DNA of 64,000 nt from Bacteroidales bacterium (lineage in GTDB: Bacteria > Bacteroidota > Bacteroidia > Bacteroidales > WCHB1-69), in contig JAFZWE010000012.1 in NCBI GenBank assembly GCA_017617445.1, positions 50,818-114,817 on the forward strand. Direction: 5' to 3'. The notes under the pieces are model-generated. The model saw only the letters and a list, made by a program, of their open reading frames with translations, did no database searches and was not told the DNA's origin. Shown here one piece after another: positions 35,081 through 42,148 of this stretch (its first letter is position 1; each line of letters begins with the position of its first letter). Made by a program: the position numbers and the translations under genes.

Positions 35081-35872
35081 TTAATACGTACCCACAATGA
35101 GCCTGATATCAAAATTCCCGTACATCACCGGGGTCTGATTGTTGCTTGTATATTTTGAAACATGGTCATGTACATATTTGAAAATCTCATACATAATGAT
35201 GCGGCCATTGCCATCCTCATCGGCACCTCCCTTGAGCCCCTGAAGCAGATAATAGGTGAAAACGCCATGATTCAGGCTCTCCTTATTCTCCCTGGAGACC
35301 TCATCATCCTTGCAGGACATCATCACCGCTACCTGCACATCTTTGAAAGAGGTGGATGTACTGGGGTGTGTCGCATTGGAGGTGGTCTTGAAAGAACCGG
35401 CAAAACACGCATCCGCAAAGATAAGCTTGGTTTTGGCCTTGGAAGATTTGAACTTGGCTTTCACATCACTGAACGACAGCGCACGGACAACACCGTAGTA
35501 GTCATCAGCATCCGTGTCATAAGCGACAAAATGGTCCTGAAAACCATGGCCGGAAAAGAAGAAGATGATTCTATCGGCATCAGTGGCCCTGCCAAAAGCC
35601 TTGTCCATGGCACTCAAAATATTGCTCCGGGTGGCCTGGTTGTTGGTGAGCAGGTAGATATTACCCGCCGGCACACTGCCCCCGTTTTCAGATTTCAAAT
35701 AGTTTGAAAATGCGACCGCATCATTGACCGTGCACTGCAAGTTCTGAACCTGAGATGAACTGTATTGGTTGATACCCACGATGACCGCATAGGTTTGGCC
35801 CGCTACCAGGACGGGAATCGTTATCGCTACAATGGCGAGGAATAAAAGTGCTTTTTTAATAAACATATCCAT
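35081..35872 (-). CDS. Caspase-family (peptidase C14) protease with N-terminal signal peptide or anchor
   Basis: ORF 35081..35953. The start is set at 'MDMFIKKALLFLAIVAITIPVLVAGQ', which removes the overlap with the upstream gene. It has 'YAVIVGINQY', 'FFFSGHG' (His109, codon at 35546..35548) and 'FADACFAGS' (Cys156, codon at 35405..35407). The C-terminal motifs 'GVFTYYLLQGLKGGADEDGNG' and 'QTPVMYG' are also present. Confidence 0.85.
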   Translation of the reverse strand: MDMFIKKALLFLAIVAITIPVLVAGQTYAVIVGINQYSSSQVQNLQCTVNDAVAFSNYLKSENGGSVPAGNIYLLTNNQATRSNILSAMDKAFGRATDADRIIFFFSGHGFQDHFVAYDTDADDYYGVVRALSFSDVKAKFKSSKAKTKLIFADACFAGSFKTTSNATHPSTSTSFKDVQVAVMMSCKDDEVSRENKESLNHGVFTYYLLQGLKGGADEDGNGRIIMYEIFKYVHDHVSKYTSNNQTPVMYGNFDIRLIVGTY

Positions 35873-35879
35873 GTTGCAT

Positions 35880-37253
35880 TTACTGTTGTTGCTGTTCTGT
35901 AGCGGCAGGATTCTCTGCATCTTCATTAACTGCATTATTGTTTTTATCACCATTAGAAGTAATTGGCTGTGTTACAGGAGGCACAGAAGTTGCAGGAGGT
36001 ATAGAAGCAGTGACATGTTTCCCTCGTTTTTTTGGGGTTTCTCTTTCAGACTGTGACTTTGAGTCTTTGGTATCCTGGTCACTGGCACTATTGTTGACTT
36101 TGTTGTCCTGTTTTTGTTTTTCCACTTGTAGTCCTGTCCCGTTTTTTCCTTTTGAAGATTGCTTGTGATCCGTTTTTATCGGGCTGATCACGTTCTCGCT
36201 TTGTTTCTTACCTGAGGAATGGGACCAATAATACCCCCCGATGCCAGCCAGCAGAAGCAGACACAGAAGTGCGATGAAAAGGTAGAGTTTGTTTCTGGAA
36301 GGTTTCGGGTCAGGTTGAGAGGTTGGGACAGACTGCGTGTTCTGAGCGGAAGTATCCGGGGCGGAAGTGTTCGGAGTGTTGCCAGCGGCGGTTACTGCTG
36401 CAGTGAAATCATCCTCTTCGGCAGTTTCTTCCTCAGCTTCCTGTTGTTGTTTGAGATACAGTGCAAAATCGTCGCGAATGTCCTGGAAGGTAGTCCATTC
36501 CAGTTCCTCATTCCGTCCGATGGAGAAGGCGTCACCCTCCTCAATCTCCACCAGCATGGCGGTATTGTTGTCCCGGGAGAGTTCCGCACACTGGGCCGCC
36601 ATCTTGTCACGTTTCTGTGCCAATGAAAGGGAGTTGTCGGCCATCAGTTCAATCAGTTCGCTGTCTCCCCAGCCCTCCACCACGCCGTCGGAGCAGAGGA
36701 GGAAGATGTCGCCGGCTTTCAGTTCGTCAATCCGCACGATGGCGGCCTTGCTGATCTTTCCGGTGCTGTTGGCGATGATGGCGTTGGAGATACGGTTGGA
36801 CATGGGGTGGAATCGGCCCGCCTCAAGGGTGATGTCATGGTAGCGCATCATCTCACCCACGAGCGACTGATCCCAGGTGTGCCACAATTTCTCCTCCGCG
36901 GGACGGTACAGATAGATGCGGCTGTCGCCGATATGTGCGGCGAACCACCCCTGCGGAGTCGGGAAGATGCCCGTAAAGGTCGTGCCCATCTTTTCCAGTT
37001 CCGGTTCCTTCTCCAGCAGCGCGTTCATGTCCTTCTGCGTGATGTCCAGCATCTGCTGGATGGTCTCCTTGCCCAAATCCGGGATAGGCTGTTCAAAATG
37101 CTTGAGCATCTCTTGGATGACGAAACCGCTGGCACGTTCGCCAGATACATGGCCCCCGACGCCGTCGCAGACCATCAGCACATGTTCCGAATAGCCCAAA
37201 CTGTCCTCATTATTGGAACGTTTGCCCAGTTGTGAAAAGCTTTCTATTTTCAT
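35880..37253 (-). CDS. PP2C-family Ser/Thr phosphatase, single TM, low-complexity extracytoplasmic tail
   Basis: The 457-aa ORF has 'NEDS', 'VCDGVGGH', 'LLCSDGV' and 'DNNTAMLVEI'. The TM is 'LYLFIALLCLLLLAGIGGYYW' (aa 323-343), followed by a K/Q/S/N-rich tail. Confidence 0.88.
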   Translation of the reverse strand: MKIESFSQLGKRSNNEDSLGYSEHVLMVCDGVGGHVSGERASGFVIQEMLKHFEQPIPDLGKETIQQMLDITQKDMNALLEKEPELEKMGTTFTGIFPTPQGWFAAHIGDSRIYLYRPAEEKLWHTWDQSLVGEMMRYHDITLEAGRFHPMSNRISNAIIANSTGKISKAAIVRIDELKAGDIFLLCSDGVVEGWGDSELIELMADNSLSLAQKRDKMAAQCAELSRDNNTAMLVEIEEGDAFSIGRNEELEWTTFQDIRDDFALYLKQQQEAEEETAEEDDFTAAVTAAGNTPNTSAPDTSAQNTQSVPTSQPDPKPSRNKLYLFIALLCLLLLAGIGGYYWSHSSGKKQSENVISPIKTDHKQSSKGKNGTGLQVEKQKQDNKVNNSASDQDTKDSKSQSERETPKKRGKHVTASIPPATSVPPVTQPITSNGDKNNNAVNEDAENPAATEQQQQ

Positions 37254-37267
37254 TATTTTGTTTTTTA

Positions 37268-37939
37268 CTAACTGATGATCACCTTTACCTGAGTGTGTCC
37301 CATGGTAATCACACTACCATTTTCCAAATAAACTTCCTGTCCCTCTTTCAGGGGTTTGCCGTTCAACATTGTGCCATTTTTGTCCTCATGTCTTTTGATG
37401 GTGAACATGTCCGCGCTCTTTCTTGTGATGATGCAGTGGGGCCTGCTCATGTATGCGTCCGTAGTGTTGATTTCAACATCGGCGAGGTGGCTTGCACTTT
37501 TCCTTCCCACGATGCTTCGGTCAAGTTGCACGAGCAGAGTCTGGGCTGGGGTGTCCGCATTGGGCTGCACCTCCAGCCTTAGCTCCTTGTGGGAGGAAGG
37601 GGTAACGATTACCGTTTCACTGCCTTTATTCTGTGCTGGCGGAGTACCAGGCACAATGGTTTCTGCAGAATCGCTGCCTGAAGCAGGAGTCTGTGGCAGC
37701 GGGGTCTGCATGGGAACGGGGCTGGGAGCTGGGGTTTTCACCACACGGACTGGCTTGTGCAATTCCGGCAAGGAGACTTCCCTTCCGCTCAGCAGCAACG
37801 ACTTGTTTTCCTCTGTCATGCAAATTTCAATGGGGCGTTTGCATTTGGGACAGGTGAAGTTGATATAACGGCCCACCGGGATATTGGCCGGCAGGCCAAA
37901 TTTGATTTTGTAGTTGCAATTACAAATAACTGTGGCCAT
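37268..37939 (-). CDS. Zn-ribbon / Pro-rich linker / FHA domain protein
   Basis: The 223-aa ORF has an N-terminal 'CNCN...CPKC' four-Cys ribbon. The C-terminal FHA signature is 'IVGRKS...SRPHCII...NGTMLNGKPL'. Confidence 0.85.
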   Translation of the reverse strand: MATVICNCNYKIKFGLPANIPVGRYINFTCPKCKRPIEICMTEENKSLLLSGREVSLPELHKPVRVVKTPAPSPVPMQTPLPQTPASGSDSAETIVPGTPPAQNKGSETVIVTPSSHKELRLEVQPNADTPAQTLLVQLDRSIVGRKSASHLADVEINTTDAYMSRPHCIITRKSADMFTIKRHEDKNGTMLNGKPLKEGQEVYLENGSVITMGHTQVKVIIS

Positions 37940-37941
37940 AA

Positions 37942-38961
37942 TTATACTAAATCGTCAACATTCATATTGCTGTCAATTGGGAGGTTGGGATCCCAGTTGA
38001 TGTCAGCTGTATAATCAATTTCATCATTTGAAAAGTCATCGGAGGGACTGATGGGCAACTCTTCCATGGGGGAGGGTTCGTAAAGCTCAGCGGCCAAGAC
38101 ATCCACCGGGTCAAGGATCAGGTCCAGGTGTCCGTCACCGTCAATGTCAGCCAAAACGTCCACCATGTCGTTACCGTTGGCATCCACCAGGGCGATATCC
38201 GCCATGCCGTCTCCGTCAACATCTATGGGAATGATTTCATCCGTAGAGAACACGGTCTGCACAGGTTCTTCCAGGAACAACGGTTCCGCTTCCTCCTGCT
38301 GGGCCAGGTAATCGTTGTAGTCATCCTCGGTTCTGTTGACAGCAGCAAAATAGTCGTCTTTTTCATCGGCAGACATCTGGTCCCACTCCTCTTTATAGTA
38401 GGTGCCGTAGGATTTGCCGTGCCAATGGAAGATGCCACCGGGCCCGACTTCATGTCGGGCGGCAGCAAAGGCTTGTGAAAAACTCATGTCATCGCTGACA
38501 TTTTCGGCCACCTGGAGGCAACCTTCAGCAGGTTGGTAGGAAGTGGAAATATCGATATCGTCCGACAGAGATATCTCCACATCGTCTTCCAGCAAATCCT
38601 CGTTAATCACGATGTTGGGGGCATCCTCCTGAACGTCAGCCGATCGGGCCGCAGCACTGTTTTCCGCCTCGCGAAAAGCTGTTTCACGAAAGTTGTCGGT
38701 TTCGGCTGCGTTGGCTGCATGGATGGCCGCACCACCCACGGCAACCGCTGCCATACCCCCACCGATGACTGCTGCCTTGACGCCCACACCGGACCCTCCC
38801 TTGGCGGATTTTCCCGAGGACTTGGAGTTGCTAATGATGGTGTGCTCCTCGCACGCGCTACCGGATTTTACGGATTTCTCCTCTGTGCCACCGTCAAACA
38901 CGGTGGTTTTATCACAGGAACTGGAAATCATGGTCTTTTCTTCTTGGTTATTTGTATTCAT
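37942..38961 (-). CDS. Acidic single-TM protein with three DxDxDG-type loops, unknown family
   Basis: The 339-aa ORF has a Gly/Ala-rich TM 'GVKAAVIGGGMAAVAVGGAAIHAA' (aa 59-84). It has a conserved-looking block 'MSFSQAFAAARHEVGPGGIFHWHGKSYGTYYKEEW'. The loops are 'DVDGDGMAD', 'DANGNDMVD' and 'DIDGDGHLD'. Confidence 0.7.
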   Translation of the reverse strand: MNTNNQEEKTMISSSCDKTTVFDGGTEEKSVKSGSACEEHTIISNSKSSGKSAKGGSGVGVKAAVIGGGMAAVAVGGAAIHAANAAETDNFRETAFREAENSAAARSADVQEDAPNIVINEDLLEDDVEISLSDDIDISTSYQPAEGCLQVAENVSDDMSFSQAFAAARHEVGPGGIFHWHGKSYGTYYKEEWDQMSADEKDDYFAAVNRTEDDYNDYLAQQEEAEPLFLEEPVQTVFSTDEIIPIDVDGDGMADIALVDANGNDMVDVLADIDGDGHLDLILDPVDVLAAELYEPSPMEELPISPSDDFSNDEIDYTADINWDPNLPIDSNMNVDDLV

Positions 38962-38989
38962 AAATGAATGTTTTTAAATGATTTATGGT

Positions 38990-39718
38990 TTACTTTTTAA
39001 ATTGCGCATTGCACTTGGGATTGGGACAACCAGAGGCCTGAATGATTTTCCAATGCTGGTTGAGGTTGAATTTCGTTCCACACTTGGGACAACAGTATTT
39101 GTCCTGATACTTCAACAGCAAATCCAGGCTCTGCTCCTTCACATTCTCCTGCTTGTGATTTGTGGGAAGGAATGCGACCAATGCGGTCAACACGGAGGTG
39201 ACCGACATGGCTACAAGTCGTGCAGTGGATGCTGCCGAAGATTTTTCCCCGAAAATCAAACCGGAAAAGCCTATGAAACACAGACCTATGACAGCCCCTG
39301 ACAACATGACAATGTTGCGCGGCATGGACATCTTTTTTTGGAATTTACTATTAAGTTTGTTCAGTTCCTCCATATAGTTCTCATACACGGGAATAACTTC
39401 TTGCTGGAATTCACGGGAATAGTCTGTAGTGATCAGGTCAAATATCTTCCGAACATTCAACTTGAACCCCATTGCTTCATCCATACAGCCCAAATAAACA
39501 GTGTCATCTTTGTCCAACGGCCCGCTTGAAGCCATGCGAAGTCCGTTGACGAAAGTGCCGTTGCTCGCCTTCACCTCCTGGATAGAGATGGATTGTGCGT
39601 CTCTGTCTATTAACAATTTGGCATGATGTCTTCCCACCAATTTCCTGTCAGCCGGCACAGTGATGCAACCTTTTCCCACATCCTCTCTGCCGATTTTTAT
39701 TTCAACAATATTAGACAT
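38990..39718 (-). CDS. FHA domain / two TM segments / C-terminal Zn-ribbon protein
   Basis: The 242-aa ORF has the FHA signature 'IKIGRED...VGRHHAKLL...SNGTFVNG'. The TM segments are 'IVMLSGAVIGLCFIGFSGLIF' and 'LVAMSVTSVLTALVAFL'. The ribbon is 'CCPKCG...CPNPKC'. Confidence 0.85.
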   Translation of the reverse strand: MSNIVEIKIGREDVGKGCITVPADRKLVGRHHAKLLIDRDAQSISIQEVKASNGTFVNGLRMASSGPLDKDDTVYLGCMDEAMGFKLNVRKIFDLITTDYSREFQQEVIPVYENYMEELNKLNSKFQKKMSMPRNIVMLSGAVIGLCFIGFSGLIFGEKSSAASTARLVAMSVTSVLTALVAFLPTNHKQENVKEQSLDLLLKYQDKYCCPKCGTKFNLNQHWKIIQASGCPNPKCNAQFKK

Positions 39719-39740
39719 TACTCAGATAATCAAATAATTA

Positions 39741-39748
39741 CAAAAATA
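39741..39748 (-). promoter_or_regulatory. -7 box (TATTTTTG), proximal candidate for the FHA/PP2C/caspase/kinase operon
   Basis: The plus strand reads caaaaata, 22 nt upstream of the ATG at 39718. Confidence 0.5.
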
Positions 39749-39772
39749 TAAATAGATTGGTTTATGAACGCG

Positions 39773-39780
39773 CAAAAGTA
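39773..39780 (-). promoter_or_regulatory. -7 box (TACTTTTG), distal candidate for the FHA/PP2C/caspase/kinase operon
   Basis: The plus strand reads caaaagta, 55 nt upstream of the ATG at 39718. Confidence 0.45.
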
Positions 39781-39823
39781 AATAAAAATTATGAAAGACG
39801 TTCGTTTTTTTTTCTGTAAAACA

Positions 39824-39831
39824 TAACTTTG
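39824..39831 (+). promoter_or_regulatory. -7 box (TAACTTTG) for the GNAT-CutC gene
   Basis: The box reads taactttg, 35 nt before the ATG at 39866. Confidence 0.5.
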
Positions 39832-39865
39832 CAAAACAAAATTAAAATTTCTTTCATACTTGACA

Positions 39866-41101
39866 ATGATTGGATTCTCGCCGTTTTATATTCGCCCCGC
39901 CACTTCCAATGATACGCGTTTTGTGGCAAGAGCCATATTGGAAGCCGTGGGTGTCCCTTCCATTGGAGAGTCCATGCTGGAAAGCCAGCGTGTGATGTGC
40001 GCCCGAGAAGATGTGTTGTACAGTTGGCGGAACACCCGTTTGCTGGAGTGTGATGGGAAGGTGGCAGGCTCCCTCACCTCATACGATGCCCGGCATTACC
40101 GGCGCATGAAAGCGGTCACTTTCCCGTTGATCCGCGAGATGTGCGGCAAAGATTTTACTGACATGCCAGACGAAGCCTCTGCTGGGGAATATTACTTGGA
40201 TTCCCTGTATGTTTCTCCTGAATTCCGTCACCGAGGAATCGGATCTGCCCTGCTCCGGGACGGGATAGAACAGGCTCGGCGTCTGCGTCTTCCTCGGGTT
40301 TCCTTGATTGTGGAACGGGACCATCATGATGCGCAAAGACTTTACCATTCCCTCGGTTTTGAGAAAATTGACAGAATACACGCTTTTCAAGGCGACTACA
40401 TCAAGATGTCCATATCATTGAATTACAATCCCTTATTAGAGGTATGTGCAGCATCCGTGAACTCAGCATTCACAGCTGAACGCGCAGGGGCTCCTCGCAT
40501 TGAACTTTGCCAACGCCTGGATCTTGGCGGGCTCACCCCTGACAGACAAGACATTGCGCGCTGTGTGAGTGAGCTCTCCCTGCAAACTTTTGTTCTCATC
40601 CGTCCACGGGGCGGAAATTTCTGCTACTCCCCGGAAGAATTTTCCACCATCATGGACGACATCCGCTATTGCCAATCCGCAGGGGCCGCTGGCGTGGTGG
40701 TCGGTTTTTTGAATGAAGATGGGTCCGTCCAGGAGGAGCAATGCCGCCGCGCTGTGGAAGCCGCCTACCCGATGCAGGTGACTTTCCACCGCGCCTTTGA
40801 CCGCTGCCGGCACTGGCCTTCCGCGCTGGAACAGATCATTGAATGCGGCTTTAACCGAATACTCACCTCCGGTCAAAAAGCCACTGCCATGGAAGGATGT
40901 GACACACTGCGCGAAATACAACGGCAGTCTAACGGACGCATCATCATCCTGGCCGGCAGCGGAGTCAATGCAGCCAATGCACAAAAAATCATGCAAACTT
41001 CCGGCGTGACAGAACTGCATGGGAGCTGTAAGCGCAACGGCTACGAAAGCGACCCCAATGAGATACAACTTCTCCTGAAACAGTTGGTACAAAATCCATA
41101 A
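39866..41101 (+). CDS. Fusion protein: GNAT N-acetyltransferase (N-terminal) plus CutC copper-homeostasis domain (C-terminal)
   Basis: ORF 39860..41101 is a single frame. The GNAT motif A is 'LYVSPEFRHRGIGSALLRDGIEQA' and the domain ends '...GFEKIDRIHAF'. The CutC-like part runs 'LLEVCAASVNSAFTAERAGAPRIELCQRLDLGGLTP...VTFHRAFD...ILTSGQ'. Confidence 0.75.
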   Translation: MIGFSPFYIRPATSNDTRFVARAILEAVGVPSIGESMLESQRVMCAREDVLYSWRNTRLLECDGKVAGSLTSYDARHYRRMKAVTFPLIREMCGKDFTDMPDEASAGEYYLDSLYVSPEFRHRGIGSALLRDGIEQARRLRLPRVSLIVERDHHDAQRLYHSLGFEKIDRIHAFQGDYIKMSISLNYNPLLEVCAASVNSAFTAERAGAPRIELCQRLDLGGLTPDRQDIARCVSELSLQTFVLIRPRGGNFCYSPEEFSTIMDDIRYCQSAGAAGVVVGFLNEDGSVQEEQCRRAVEAAYPMQVTFHRAFDRCRHWPSALEQIIECGFNRILTSGQKATAMEGCDTLREIQRQSNGRIIILAGSGVNAANAQKIMQTSGVTELHGSCKRNGYESDPNEIQLLLKQLVQNP

Positions 41102-41155
41102 ATCAGGCAGCCACATTTGTATAAAAAAACATACGGTTGTCAGTATTTTGCGATT

Positions 41156-41163
41156 TACTTTTG
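41156..41163 (+). promoter_or_regulatory. -7 box (TACTTTTG) far upstream of the HTH gene (possible sRNA or long leader)
   Basis: The box reads tacttttg, 309 nt before the ATG at 41472. Confidence 0.35.
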
Positions 41164-41471
41164 TAAAACAACCTTGTCTCATATTCTATATTTAGTTTAG
41201 GAAAATTGTACAGCACTCTGTGGTTCAATTCATTCATCATTAAATTGTCGTTGTGATTGTGCGGCTCACTCCTCTCACATCATATTTCATTGATCGGCAG
41301 TGTACAGTGTCATTTTTTTTCATGTATGAGATTAAATCGTGACAACTTTCACATTGTTAAAAACACACCATGATTCTAATTTTTTTACAAAAATAAACAC
41401 TGCGTTTATTTTGTTTTATTGTAACAAAGTGTATACAAATCCGTACACGCCGCTGTTAATAATATATCGTT

Positions 41472-42074
41472 ATGGATGAAAATATCAGCCGGCGCATTCG
41501 GGAAATCATGGAAAATTCCAACTTGTCGGCTTCCGCTTTTGCAGCTGAAATAGGAATCACGCGTTCCAATTTGGCGCATATTTTCTCAGGGAGAAACCAG
41601 CCCAGTTTTACCATGCTTGAGAAAATCCTCAAAGCCTTTCCCAATGTACGCACGGAATGGTTAGTCACAGGCGTGGGGGACATGCTAAAAAGCCCTGATG
41701 AAATTGCATTGGCTGAAGAGGTTAGCAGTCGCCGCAAAGGACCTGTACAGACAGAACTTTCGTTTGATGGGATTCCTGACATTGTAGCGGGAATTGGAGG
41801 TCCTTCCCCAGCCGCTCCCCTCCCCGACCCCACCCCCGCCACTATCGCTGTTGACAACAGCACTGGAGGTGCTGTAAAGGAAGATACCCCCTCACAATCG
41901 TGGGAAAAGTCAGAAAATACTGGAAACCAACCTGTTTCTGCACGTCCCGTCCGCTCTCCGGGCCGCCCCCGCACCAACACCGCCACTTCCCACGTTGCAG
42001 GCAGAAAGGTACGGAAGATTGTCTATTTTTACACCGACAACACCTTTGAGGAGTTCCTCCCCACTACCATGTAA
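41472..42074 (+). CDS. XRE-type helix-turn-helix protein with Pro-rich C-terminal half
   Basis: The 200-aa ORF has the N-terminal HTH 'LSASAFAAEIGITRSNLAHIFSGRNQPSFTMLEKILKAF' followed by a P/A/G-rich tail. Confidence 0.75.
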   Translation: MDENISRRIREIMENSNLSASAFAAEIGITRSNLAHIFSGRNQPSFTMLEKILKAFPNVRTEWLVTGVGDMLKSPDEIALAEEVSSRRKGPVQTELSFDGIPDIVAGIGGPSPAAPLPDPTPATIAVDNSTGGAVKEDTPSQSWEKSENTGNQPVSARPVRSPGRPRTNTATSHVAGRKVRKIVYFYTDNTFEEFLPTTM

Positions 42075-42091
42075 TCAGGGATTAGGGAAAT

Positions 42092-42126
42092 AAAAAAGGG
42101 GGTGACATCCAGTGTGTCACCCCCTT
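42092..42126. terminator. Bidirectional terminator between the HTH gene and korB
   Basis: The stem gggggtgaca/tgtcaccccc is 10 bp and perfect with a 7-nt loop. A6 lies on the left. Confidence 0.8.
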
Positions 42127-42148
42127 GTCGTTAATTGTCAAATGTACT

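Noticed and set aside
35873-35953. 27-codon N-terminal extension of the caspase ORF overlapping the PP2C gene
   Set aside because: The internal Met gives a textbook signal peptide and a 7-bp intergenic gap. The extension would bury the hydrophobic segment.
41456-41986. 176-aa minus-strand ORF
   Set aside because: It is antisense to the HTH gene. Its P/G/A-rich composition mirrors the Pro-rich tail of the sense protein.
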